A stretch of DNA of 41,629 nucleotides from Octopus bimaculoides (GCF_001194135.2 NC_068985.1:14019256-14060884), one strand, 5' to 3'; shown: positions 23,705 through 35,433, counted from the stretch's first letter. A program made the numbers and translations. Notes: a model not told the origin generated them from the sequence alone.

Positions 23705-24064
23705 CTGGGAAGAGGGAATATGATAAATGGTAGAGAGGATAAAAACAATCTGTGATTATTCTTCCTGGCAATCATTTCAAAGACAATGGCAGCAGTTATA
23801 CTGGCTGCAACAGCAGTAACAACACACTCTCCTGAAACTGCACACATAGTGCACACACAGCTGCAATGACAACATGAAGAATAGAGCAGTACCAATGAAT
23901 GCATGAGTAGCAGAGTTGAATGAATAATAATGTGTTTGAATTTGGGAAGGACTGATTCTTGTCTGATCAACGAAGTAAAAGCAACACCAAGCCTAGTTAG
24001 TAATTAGATGGGTGACCACTTGGGAAAACCTAAGTGCTGTAAGCATCTCAATTTTATAGGTGTA

Positions 24065-24215
24065 AGCATAGCAGAGGTAATAAGCTTACTTCTTCACCAC
24101 ATGGTTTCAAGTTCAAGTCTAATGTGTGGCATCTTGGGCAAATGCTTTCTTCTATAGCCTTTGGCCGACCAAAGTCATGTAAGAGGATTTAGTAGAGGGA
24201 AACTGAAAGCAGCCC
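24065..24215 (+). mobile_element. Family A SINE head and CORE, degenerate
   Basis: CACATGGTTTCAAGTTCAAGTC..GGCATCTTGGGCAAATGCTTT..GGAAACTGAAAG. Confidence 0.75.
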
Positions 24216-24246
24216 ATTGTATGTGCATGTATATATATATATATAT

Positions 24247-24256
24247 NNNNNNNNNN
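24247..24256. other. 10-N gap
   Basis: Run of N. Confidence 1.
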
Positions 24257-24274
24257 GTGTGTGTGTGTGTGTGT

Positions 24275-24308
<34 letters not shown>

Positions 24309-24309
24309 G

Positions 24310-24525
24310 TCGATGCCAGTGCCCTCTGACAGGCTCCCTTGCCAGTGGCACGTAAAAAGCACCCACTACACTCCAGGAGTGGTTGACGTTAGGAAGGGCA
24401 TCCTGCTGTAGAAACCTTGCCAAATCAGATTGGAGCATGGTGCAGCCGCTGGCTTGCCAGTCCTCAGTCAAACCGTCGGACCCATGCCAGAATGGAAAGC
24501 GTACGTTAAACGATGATGATGATGA
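24310..24525 (+). mobile_element. Family C SINE, CpGs retained
   Basis: TGCCAGTGGCACGTAAAAAGCACCC..CGTTAAACGATGATGATG. Confidence 0.9.
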
Positions 24526-24647
24526 GGATGCGTGCATACATAAATACATACATACATAGGTATATACAAGTATGTATGTACGCATGTATGTATGCATGTA
24601 TGCAAACATACATGTATGTATGTATGTATGTATGTATGTAGTGTGTG

Positions 24648-24678
<31 letters not shown>

Positions 24679-25371
24679 TGTGTGTATGTATGTGCACTCG
24701 CGTCTTCGTGTCCGCATCCAACCACTTGACAACCTCTGTTGGTTTTTTTTTAACACCTAAGATCAATTTGTTAAACTAAAATCCTTCGAGGTAGCGCCCC
24801 AGCATGGCCGCAGTCCAAAGTCCGAAACAAGTAAAAAAAAAATGTAACAGATAAGAAGACCATCGCTAAATTCAGAATGGGACATCGTACAGAGCTACAA
24901 AGCTGGTGAACGAAACCAAAGAGAGTATTAGTGAAAGAAATACAAAATAGATTTAATGGTCTACACTCTAGACAAAAGAATGAACAATTGTGAGCCATAC
25001 GTTGTTTTTTTCTTTCACCTGAGAAATTAATAGAATGCAATGGTGTCATGTCATAACAATTATGTAGAGAAAGGAAAGGTCATAGCTGTCTGACAACACT
25101 AAATTTGTGTCTGATGTCCACAAAGAGTAGCATTAAAATTAAATTCAACATTTAAGCATGAGAATGCAAGAGAGATTTTTGAAAGATGGCGATGCAATGT
25201 AAACGGAGTTTTGTATTTAAAAGATGCTAAAAAAAAGTAGAAAAGAAAAAATGGAAACGTATTTTGTATTGAGGAAGAAAAGTTTCTGAAAGATAACATT
25301 TGGAGATGATGTAGAAATCAATGTTGCTTTTATGTAGTGTTGTTATGATTGTCTGAAAACATAACCAATAC

Positions 25372-25900
25372 CTGGATGTATTGTGGAGATCGCAGGCCAT
25401 TGTAGACCCTGGGGTGATTGAATTGAAACTAATTGGAAAACATGATATTAAGTGTTCTCTGTGTGTGGGGAAACAAGATGATGCTTGAGATGCTTAAGAA
25501 TGACATCAAGATGCTTAACAATGACTACAAGAGAGAGAGTGAGAGAAAGAGAGAACTAAAAGATTCCACAATAATGACAAACAGAATAAAATCTACTGTA
25601 GCAACAACTATAAAAACAACCACAGCATGATCCAGGAGAAAGTAGAAACATCTGTTAAACAATCTCTTGTCGCTCGATCTAGATGTGAGCTAAATAACAA
25701 GACAGTCGTTTCTGGCGTAATGGCAATAATTTCCTCAAGAATTTTATTGCGATGCTTCTGCTTTATTTGGTCATTCTTGTTCGAGATACAGGCATAAGTC
25801 ATTACTAATTCGGGACGGCTGCCGGTTTGATGTAAGCTGCGCAGTTGCTTGTCATAGGCATAAATAGTAAATATAGCAGTGCTCAAAGACTGAACAGCGG
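25372..25900 (-). other. Candidate first (5'UTR) exon of a leftward transcript; 5' boundary uncertain
   Basis: Non-repeat and CpG-containing; ends at CAG|GTATTG; acaATGG at 25400 opens MACDLHNTS into the donor; several short upstream ORFs. Confidence 0.25.
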
Positions 25901-26450
25901 AAGAGATACATCGTCACGCTTAAAGGTTATCTTATTATAAGAGTTAAATTAACGCATGGGACATCTCTTCTTCCGTTTGTCCTCACAAAACATCCTAGGC
26001 ATAAACACTTTAATAAAAGAATAGTAGGGCAATGGGAATATCTAAAGTAGTAAAAAATTTAACTTAATTCTTTATAATTAACGATGGTTGGTAAAATTTG
26101 CTTTTAGTTAAAATTCTATCAAATTAAATACCAATAATTACAATAAACTCATTCAGTTGACTAACGTCGTCTTTACCTAATATGTTAAAACTGTCGTTTC
26201 ATTAAAACGGTGTCTGACAATTTCCTCATCTTACTCCTTAAAATATAGTATTTAGTAGTTTTTGATAAGTGCTGTCTCTACTAGACCATAGTTTAACAAC
26301 GTCACGTTAGATTCTATATTTATCACGTCATTTAATGAACAGCAGGTGAGAAACCTTACAGCAGACGATACAACATTTACAATTATCATACAGCAGACGA
26401 TAAAACAGTATAGTACACAGCACTTGGCAGACGATAAACAATCCAAAAGA
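25900..26450. promoter_or_regulatory. Putative promoter/enhancer-like region
   Basis: TE-free; CRE-like TGACGT (reverse) at 26299 and 26325; GCAGACGATA x3; plus-strand donor CAG|GTGAGA at 26345. Confidence 0.3.
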
Positions 26451-28360
26451 AAATGATGGTATTTATTGTTATCAATGAAATTAAGTTCCAAGTCTATCAT
26501 CGAATCATATAGATGTAACCTGATCGATATAATATATATTGACTAAAAGATTTAATCTCATCCGCCAATTGTATTTCAGAATTAGCCGGGCACTAAGAGA
26601 CTCGTAGACAGAAAATTTAGTCATGACCTAAATAAAGATACATATTCGACTGGCGAAGAAGGAAGTAACGTCAATTTATCTCAGTATTTCACATGAATTT
26701 TGAATAACTCAACAAAGTCTTCTCAGAAGATAGCTTCTTAAATGAAAAGCCTAATCTTCAGTCTCTGGCAAACAACCTGAACGTCTCAGGTTTTTGGTTA
26801 GTCCACATACCTTCAACGTGGATTATTAGAAACTTCAGTTCATTAGGTCCTAATTACATAAGTCTCTCGCTTCTATTTCACGAGTACATTTAAATTTTAA
26901 ATAATAATAAAACAAAAATATGGATGTGTACGTGAAGTTAAATCTTTAATTGGGTTACTGATTGAGTGATTGGCTAAAATAGAGATGCTCTAAGACATCT
27001 CTTCACTTCATATTTAAAAAAACAAAATCTAACCAGTACTGATCATAGAAAACAGACAGGTAAGCAGAGGGGGTTAATAAACACTGAAACCAACACCTAA
27101 AGTGTTAACCTTCAAAATGGATAAAGCTTCTACCTTTCAAACGAATAACGGACGCTTGAACTGCAAGAATAGCAACCAAATCTCCCTCAAATCAAACGTC
27201 TTAAAAGGTTAAAACGAGTATATTGAGCAAACGAAAAGATCCATGCAAGTCATTATTTAATATCTGAAAAAGTTGGGAAAAAGGAGAATAAAAGACAAGA
27301 TAGATTATGAGCGCCTTTCATTATATATGCTTGATCGAAGTTGATCTGTGTCTAAACAGCAATAATTTTTCATATGGGAACTCAGAACGCTACTGTTCTC
27401 AGAAAGTGTACTTTTAAAGCAGTAAAACTCTTTGTCATTCTTTTTTAGCTCAACTATCCTCTTAATAATGCTCTTAAATCAAAGAGTGGCAAATTGCCCT
27501 GGTATTCTAAAAAAAAAAATAAAGAATAAATAACAGAAAATATTTTCAGAAAATAATTATAAAATATTCAAAAATCAAAACTAATTCCTATCAAAAAGCT
27601 GTATCTGATTCATTTTCCTTTATTTTTTTGCATTAATTAAAAGCGTTTTTTTTTCTTTATGATGTGTTGTTTCTCAACTTACTCTTTAATTATAACATAA
27701 AAAGAAACGAGAAAAAATACCTTCATTAACTTAATTTTCATTTTATTGTCATTAATACATTATATCGAACAAGGAAGGATAAGAGAGAGCAGAGGAGAAG
27801 GAGCGAGAGAATAGCTAGACGATCTTAGTGTGTGAAATTATTAATTAGACAGGGTTAGTTGATTGCTGTCATCGTTACTGAGCGGCCTCCTATCAGCTAT
27901 AATCGAATAAGGCCTATCAACATCATCGATCAAATGCATAACCTGTTATTTTGGATTTACATTTTATAAGAAACTCAGCACTTCGGTTTTAGTTTCAACT
28001 ATTCAATTTATCGACTGCTGTTAAATCGTGACCATGCTATCATTACTGCATATTTACATAAGGTTCTGAAATTTTAAAGACTTTGTGTGTTGAAATTCAA
28101 TCCTTCGATCAACATTCAAGCCTTATCATCGAGTCTTCTTTGCTGGTATATTATAACCAGTATCAGTTGATGTCGAATATTTAATCATTTTGAATTCAGT
28201 AGGGAGGTATTCGAAGAAGATTTGACTGTAATGTCTTGTAGGTTGAATTAAAGAGTAAATATTTCCAGGATAGCTTTCCCGTTTCAAGATGGTGGACGAA
28301 TGTGCTGCGAGTGATTTGGTCGCTACACCGAGCGGGTTCAAGTGACGAAATAAACACTTA

Positions 28361-28711
28361 CGGCCTTTTCCGTAAAAAGTGTCTTCGGCGATCTTTACTA
28401 AAGATCGGCCTTTTCCGTAACACCCGCACGATCTTCACTACAGTGTTAGGGTTAGGGTTTTAGTGTTGGGGTTAGGGTTTTAGTATCGGGGTTAGGGTTT
28501 TAGGGTTAGGGTTACGGTTAGGGACGTAATTCCCTAACGCAAACCCTAAAACCCAAACCCTGACCCTAATTCTAAACCCTTCAAAATAAATCGCGCTCTG
28601 TATGTCTTTCGCTGTTATGACGTTGTTTCCCTGTTTCTCTCCAACACTTTTTACGGAAAAGGCCGATCTTTGGTAAAGATCGCCGAAGACACTTTTTTAC
28701 GGAAAATGCCG
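28361..28711. mobile_element. Foldback-like element with 60-bp TIRs enclosing a telomeric palindrome
   Basis: 28361-28420 matches the reverse complement of 28651-28711 with 2 substitutions and 1 indel; interior TTAGGG-like array, linker, CCCTAA-like array. Confidence 0.85.
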
Positions 28712-29484
28712 ATAGTTAGGAACTCGTACCGAAAGATCGCCAGGTGTCATTGACTCGTAAAAGTCTGAGATGAACATCGCACTAAAATCACCCGTTTTGG
28801 AGGATCTACAAACGTCATACGTGTTACCCCTCTCTTTGGCCCACATAAAATGAAAGAAAAATAAAGAAAACCGAAGAACTAGTTTTGAGCCGAGAACAAA
28901 TTTTGTTGGCTTGGCTAGCGAGATGAGGATGAGAGATGGTAATGTCTGGTACGTATGTATTATGTAAGTATGTATACATACACACATACATTAGATTGTG
29001 AACTTGTTCGTAGTAAGATAAATGAAACATGTCGAAAGTTGTCAAACGACAAATAAAGTTTCACATTCATAGTAGCTCCCAGAGTATATAGCTATATACT
29101 CCGGGAATACTCTATTCTATATACTCTGGGAATGCATTAGAGCCCTTTTCGGGGCTACTTTATTTGAATTCTTACTATCGGGTAACTAATTCCATGTTAT
29201 TACATAACTGACTTCAGAATTCGGTCATTCATAACTTACTGTACATTCCTAAGAATAAGATCCTGTGTAAGACAGTTCGGTATTCTCTGTAAAAGCACAA
29301 AAACCGTTTTAAGGGCTACATACTTTGTATTGTTGTTACTGGATTAGCGAAACAATTATGAGAATGGAACCAAGGGATAAGCCCCGCTTTCCCAGGAATT
29401 ACAGGGTACGTCAGCTAGTATATACATATATAGCAAATTTTGAAAAGAAAAGACGCAAACATACTTACATCTTATCTTATTTGT

Positions 29485-29845
29485 TTTAGTCAGTGAACAG
29501 AAGCCATGCTGGGGCACCGCCTTGAAGGGTTTCAGTCGAAGAAATCGATCCCAGTACTTACTTTAAACCTGTAACTTATTCTGTCGGTCTGTTATGCCGA
29601 ACCACAAAGTTATGGGCATATCAACAAACCAACAGCGGTTATCAAGCGGTGGTAAGGGACAAACATAAACATACACACATGCATACAAAATCCACTAACA
29701 AGGCTTTCGTCGACCCGGGACTGTGAAGTAAGAAGCCTACTTCCCAACCATTTGGTTTCGGGTTCTCGTCCAGGGTACCGTGCAGTGGGACCGAACGCGA
29801 AACCTTGCAGTTGGGAAGTAAACTTCTTACTGTACGGCACACCTA
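29485..29845 (-). mobile_element. Family A SINE, diverged but CpG-retaining
   Basis: GCCATGCTGGGGCACCGCC..CAAGGCTTTCGTCGACCCGGG..TTGGGAAGTAAACTTCTTAC. Confidence 0.8.
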
Positions 29846-30892
29846 CACCTACGTACACACACACACACACATACAGTTATATATTTAAAAGATGAGGACT
29901 TATGTACATTATTTATATTTGTCGGCTGTCCTTCTACTCCTTAAGGGTCGTTTTTTATGTTACTTGTCTATACTTTCGTATTTCATGTTGTTTTCGTTTT
30001 ATGACGTCCTGTACCCATATATGCGTACCTATGTGCATATATATATCATTTACGCATTCACGGGCTATATTACATGTTGCAGAAGATATTTTCAGCAGTA
30101 AGAAAGGAATTTTAATTTCGTTTGAATAGTTGCACTTATTCCCTGAAATGAATAAAGCCATCATCCACGGTATACTTGTAAAATCATCTCTGCTAGTCGT
30201 CGACCAGGAATAATAAATAAAATAGATGAAGATGCATCTTCATACTAAAAAGAGCAGCCAAATCTTCCTCAAATCTCACTTAATAATCTTTAAAAGCTAA
30301 CCTGGATTTAAACAACGCTACAAGATAGTTCTCAATTATTTTATTTTTTTATTATTATTTTGGCGTACTTTAAACATAAAAGAAACAAACGTATGTAGAA
30401 GAAAAATATTCAAGTCTATAAATATTAATGATCTAAGACAGAAAATTTAGGTGTTTAATTGAATTATTTTGTCAAATGCAGTTAATATTCTATTAAAAGA
30501 ATTTTAGTTTGCATTTTTCACATTTTCTAAAACTGTTTTAATATTTTTGCGACGCACCAATAAGCAGTGTGACACCGTCAGCTAATTTGTTAAAATAATA
30601 ATATATTATATCAGGGTTCTAAAAAAAAAGAAAACCTGCTTAGCTCAAGTTTCATGCATGGTATAAAGTGGATAGGATATGAATATTTGCAGCTAGACAG
30701 AGTATTTAGGAAGTCTGCCTATCTTAGGTAACACTACTAGAAAAAGATCTGGGATTTATACTAACCCAACTGCTGGGTTGCATATGGTTGCGAGCCCTAC
30801 CTCGATTGACAAACAACCAAACATCAGCCGTTAATTTAATCTTGAAGATCTTTTCATGTAGCCATTTACTTTCCGATATATAACTCAGGCCA

Positions 30893-31160
30893 CAGTGCTT
30901 CTCAAACTATCTGATATGGCGTACTGGCAGTTTTTTTGTTTTTTTTTCCAATGTGCCAGGGACCGGTAATATTTCTTAGTAATATTAATTTATACCGGAA
31001 ACAATATATATAATGAATATAATAAAAGTTGACAATTTTTTAAATCTTATATTTAAGCACTTTATAATGTTTGTTTCTTTTCTGGAAACTCGCCGCGTAT
31101 CGGCAACTGATGGCTCGCGGACCGGCACCGGTCCGCGGATCACCGCTTTGAGTAGCACTA
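30893..31160. mobile_element. hAT/Charlie-like MITE
   Basis: TIRs CAGTGCTTCTCAAA / TTTGAGTAGCACTA (12/14); subterminal hairpin CGCGGACCGGCACCGGTCCGCG. Confidence 0.65.
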
Positions 31161-31199
31161 CTTTAGATATATTAGGTAATGAGGTTCGATCTGATTCAT

Positions 31200-31540
31200 C
31201 TTTTATCTTTTACTTGTTTCAGTCATTGGACTGCGACCATGCTGGAGCACTGCTTTGAAAAGTTTATGCGAACAAATCGACCCCGGTACTAAAGATTTTT
31301 AAAGCTTTGTACCGCTAACTTATTGGGACGTAAACAAACCAACGCAAGTTGACAAGCGGTGGAGAGGGACAAACTTAAACACACACATGCGCGTATATGT
31401 ATATAAATACGACTGGCTTCTTACAGTTTCCGTCTATCAGAGCCACTCACAAGGCTTTGGTCGGCCCATGGCCATAGCAGAAGACATGTGTCCAAGGTGC
31501 TACGCAGTACCACTGAACCCGGAACTAGGAAGCAAAGCAC
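31200..31540 (-). mobile_element. Family A SINE
   Basis: TTTTACTTGTTTCAGTCATTGGACTGCGACCATGCTGG..CAAGGCTTTGGTCGGCCC..CCAAGGTGCTACGCAG. Confidence 0.85.
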
Positions 31541-32711
31541 ACACCACAAAGGTATAAATGATAGCGAGTAAAGATCGGCTTGAAAAACCCTTTTGGATAG
31601 AAAAAAAATCGAAGGCTGTTCATGAGATGCTATTATTTATAACTTTAAAGTTTATCAAATTCTTATGATGTCAATACGTGTGTGTGTGTGTGTTGATTAA
31701 CCAAGGATTTCTTTTAAAAGTTTACTATAGATTCACTTAAATCAGCTTAATGGTACCCATAATGCAAAAATGGCACACTAGTTCTTTTATATTATATTTC
31801 CATTATATTTTCTCTTAGAAATACTGAATGCGACAGAAAAGAAATCAAATTCAGGCGATCAGAAATGCTAATTTAAGTTAAGTGCATTTTCTTTCTTTTT
31901 CTATTATTATCTTTTTCTTAAATTGATCTTTGGTTTTAGAATATGAATGTTCCTTGTAGTAATTGTATTTCTGGTCTAATCGATTACACTACTTTAGTTC
32001 AACTATTGTAACGGTGCTCGTACAGCTAGTTTCACACCTCACCAAACAATTTCGCTTTTCACAAAAACAATTCCGTTTTTTTTAACAACGACACGTAGAG
32101 AAGACACGAATTTGAAACCCAAATATTTTTTGAGTAAGAAATACAAGAGACGGGGGAGCCTCCCAAGAAGAGAAAAATTCAATCCAATATCGTTGGTTGG
32201 GGTATGTTTTATGATTCTAAAAGATAACGGCGTATAATGGCTGAAACTTCACGGATTATTAAATCTAGTTCTTCTTTCTCTTATCATTTTTTTTCCTTTT
32301 TACTTTTATTCATTTAGCTCTAGTTTCAGTCTTGTACCCAGCTCCTAATTTAACTCCAATTTCATAAATCTGGTTCTTTTAATATTCTTATTAACTAGTA
32401 AAAAGGAAAAAAAAAATAGTAACCAATTCTTTCTCCACAACCAAACCTTGTTTACAAAATATAATAAATAAAAGAAAAGAAGCAGAAGAATATGTGTGTA
32501 TGTGTGTGTTTTCCAAAATAGAGGCGAACATCATTCTCCATGTGATCGGCTTGAAAAATAGTTAAGACACTTGGATATTTTCTTATTTTTCTTGACATGA
32601 AACCAATGGTAGCCTTAATTCACAAATAAAGAAATTATATTCACCAATGCGGTGTTGAGCACTCGTTTCCATCGTTCGACATTTACGTATATATACATAC
32701 ATACATATATA

Positions 32712-32945
32712 TCTTCGAAACGCCTAGTTTAGAATAGAGGCAGCTGATGAAGGAAAAGTTCCATAAATGGCTCGTCTGTTTTCCAATGTATTCATTCTGT
32801 TGTCCGTAAAAAAAAGTCCGTTTTTTGTGCTTTGTTTATGTTCCCGTTCCTTTTTTGTCCACGTTTTTTGACGTCCTGTACCCGGATATGCATCTATATA
32901 TACATGTAGATGTAGGTATGTACATATATGTATGTATACATGCAT
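32712..32945 (+). repeat. Family D dispersed repeat (possibly a Penelope-like terminus)
   Basis: CTTCGAAACGC(C/T)TAGTTT..GCAGCTGATGAAGGAAA..ACGTCCTGTACCC..GTAGATGTAGGTATG shared with 36366-36545. Confidence 0.75.
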
Positions 32946-33362
32946 ATGCTCTTATATCATTTGTATTATATATGGGAGTGAAATTGTTAGGTGTCAAACG
33001 AAAAGTGAATCGGTTGTGCAGTATGAAACTGTACTAGCGCTTCGAGAGTCTCAAAAAAAAAAAAAGACAAAACCGACGGAATGGACAAGGCTGGACCGTC
33101 TTTAATAATAAATTTGGTTTACTTAATCAGGGTGAAATGGAACTAAGCAACAACAACGGTACAGCGTTAAAAAAAAAAAGCAAAAGGACAAATCTGAAAC
33201 AGTTTGACTCATAAATTTAGTTTGCTCAATCAGGTGAGCTTGGAGCTAAGCAACAACAACAATAATGGTTCATAAAAGAAACACCTTACAACACTTTATA
33301 ACTATAATATAGATAAGAAAACGAGTAATGACCTACATTGATAATTACAATGCCAGATCAAT

Positions 33363-33727
33363 CAGGAGCGGTCCTTGAAATTTTTCGAAGGGAGGGCACA
33401 AGGTCGAAGGGAATACAATTCCAGGAGAAAATAGGGTAAGTTTTCAGATTAACACCCGCACGATTTTCACTAGGGTGTTAGGGTTAGGGTTTTAGGGTCA
33501 GGGTTAGGGTTTTAGGGTTAGGGTTAGGGTTAGGGTTAGGGAATTCCGTCCTTAACCATAACCCTAACCCTAACCCTAAAACTAACCCTAAAACCCTAAC
33601 TCTAACACCCTAGTGAAAATCGTGCGAGTGTTAATTTGAAAATAGCGTAATAACATTATTTAGAAGGGCACACTTCTATTCTTGAGGGGAGTACATTCCC
33701 ATCAGCCCCACCTTTAGGTCTGCCCTG
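33363..33727. mobile_element. Old DNA-transposon MITE hosting the telomeric palindrome
   Basis: Imperfect TIRs CAGGAGCGGTCCT / AGGTCTGCCCTG; AGGGCACA motif near both ends. Confidence 0.45.
33441..33642. mobile_element. 202-bp palindrome: unique arm + (TTAGGG)n + linker + (CCCTAA)n + inverted unique arm
   Basis: TTTTCAGATTAACACCCGCACGATTTTCACTAGGGTGTTAG pairs with CTAACACCCTAGTGAAAATCGTGCGAGTGTTAATTTGAAAA (2 mismatches). Confidence 0.92.
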
Positions 33728-35154
33728 CCAATTATTCGGTAAGCCTGGAACCAGAGGTGACCCAGATTTCTGGGATTTACGGTTTTCCGAAGACAGCCAA
33801 ATGTATATTAACATGAAATAAACTATGAAAAGTAGAGTTAAATTGTAGCTAACAGATTCAAATTAAAAGCAGGGTCTGTTTGATATATATTAACTCACTT
33901 AAAATCCTTAAAATATAATCATACTGTGCTATGTATACAAGAAAAGTTATGGACATGATTTTAATTAATAGATACAGGTACAAATTAAATCGTGGATCTT
34001 TTCCCTTTGAACGGTAGAGATCCTTAAATCGCTTCTAAAGCAGCGTATGTTTAATCATAACCAATTCAGTTAAAAATGTTAAGGACAAAACTACTTTTAA
34101 TATATAGTATGCAAATTAACCAACTTCAAAAACGATCTGTTTACTCAGTAAAGGGCACAGTATATTACATGATAATTGCATAGTGTTTCCGTTACTGTAA
34201 GTGGAATAAAATGGTTTGAGAAAGAGGACTCTTCACTGGAGAATGACATAACATTCTCTAGACAGATTGATCGCGAAAAATCAAACAGCTGGAACAATGT
34301 GAATAAGTCAAGTGACTATGTTATAAAGGTCACATCGTTTATTTTTAAATAGTTTTAAATGGTCAATTTGTGTATAACTAACTAATTGGGTTGTTTGTGG
34401 TTTGAGCTAACTTAATGATAATTTTATTATAGGCATTCTAACTAACGTGGCTACTTAGGATTACAGAAAGCTAGCTAGTGAAAGAATCAACTGCTAAAGT
34501 TATAAAACAAAATTACCACTCTAAATCGACCCATATCACATATAGTTAGTTAATTATAGACAGACAATTAAAGCGAGGTTTGAGAGCGAACAGCTATAAA
34601 CAGACTGCAGACGAGAAACGACCATGCGGACATAGCATTTATTATGCAATCAGCTCAAAAGGTCTTGAGTTTAAACTCACTGTAATCGTACTGTTCTAGC
34701 ATGGACTAACGTTAGAATTATGTATTGGGTGAAAGGTTGTCGAACGTTATCGTTATAGGAAGAAATTATTTCGACAGACAATACTGTATTGACGAAACAA
34801 GGGTGTCGGGAATGAAAGAACACAAAACAAACAAGGTCTAAAAATAATATTCATTTCCCAAACTGCTCACATGATTCATTAATGCATTCAATATGTTAAT
34901 AAATAAATTAAAAATATTAAAAAAAATAAATGAAATATAATAGAAATAAAAGAAAGATACAGCTCTTTAAATGGCGTCAGTTTTATTTTGTATTCATATT
35001 TTGTTTCAGTTTATTGTTCTTAGGTTTAAATAGGCGCGCGCGTGTGTTTGTGTGTGTGTGTATGAGAGAGAGAGAGGAAGAAAGACAGAGAACAAACGTA
35101 ATATGAGGAGAGAGAGATTTATCTTTAAGTTTATGGTGTTTGATTTCTTTAATC

Positions 35155-35433
35155 GTGTTCATGGTTCCGGTTTCAGTCCCACTGCGTGGCACCTTGGGCA
35201 AGTGTCTTCTACTATAGCCTCGGGCTAACCAAAGCCTTGTGAGTGGATTTTGTAGACGGAAACTGAAAGAAGACCGTCGTATATATTTATATATATGTGT
35301 GTGTGTGTATGTTTATGTGTCTGTGTTTGTCCCCCCCACCATGGCTTGACAACCGATGCTGGTGTGTTTACGTCCCCGTAACTTAGCGGTTCGGAAAAAG
35401 AGGCCGATATAATAAGTACTAGGCTTACAAAGA
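35155..35433 (+). mobile_element. Family A SINE, 5'-truncated, running into a gap
   Basis: CATGGTTCCGGTTTCAGTCCCACTGCGTGGCACCTTGGGCAAGTG..AATAAGTACTAGGCTTACAAAG. Confidence 0.9.

Noticed and set aside
25433-25886. ORFs 25433-25630 (+) and 25608-25886 (-) as proteins
   Set aside because: Short, low-complexity, no recognisable domain; more consistent with UTR
26680-26830. Merlin/IS1595-like transposase remnant (HVEGMW..SYSKFM, minus strand)
   Set aside because: Motif spacing is wrong, an internal stop is present, and there are no TIRs
28126-28341. 71-aa minus-strand ORF next to the foldback element as its transposase
   Set aside because: Too short, starts with TTG, and has no DDE or DNA-binding motif
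30226-30243. Perfect 18-bp palindrome ATGAAGATGCATCTTCAT
   Set aside because: Isolated, inside a decayed repeat fragment; no evidence of function
33441-33642. True ancestral chromosome fusion site
   Set aside because: A second copy with the same arm and linker lies 5 kb away, and this copy sits inside another MITE
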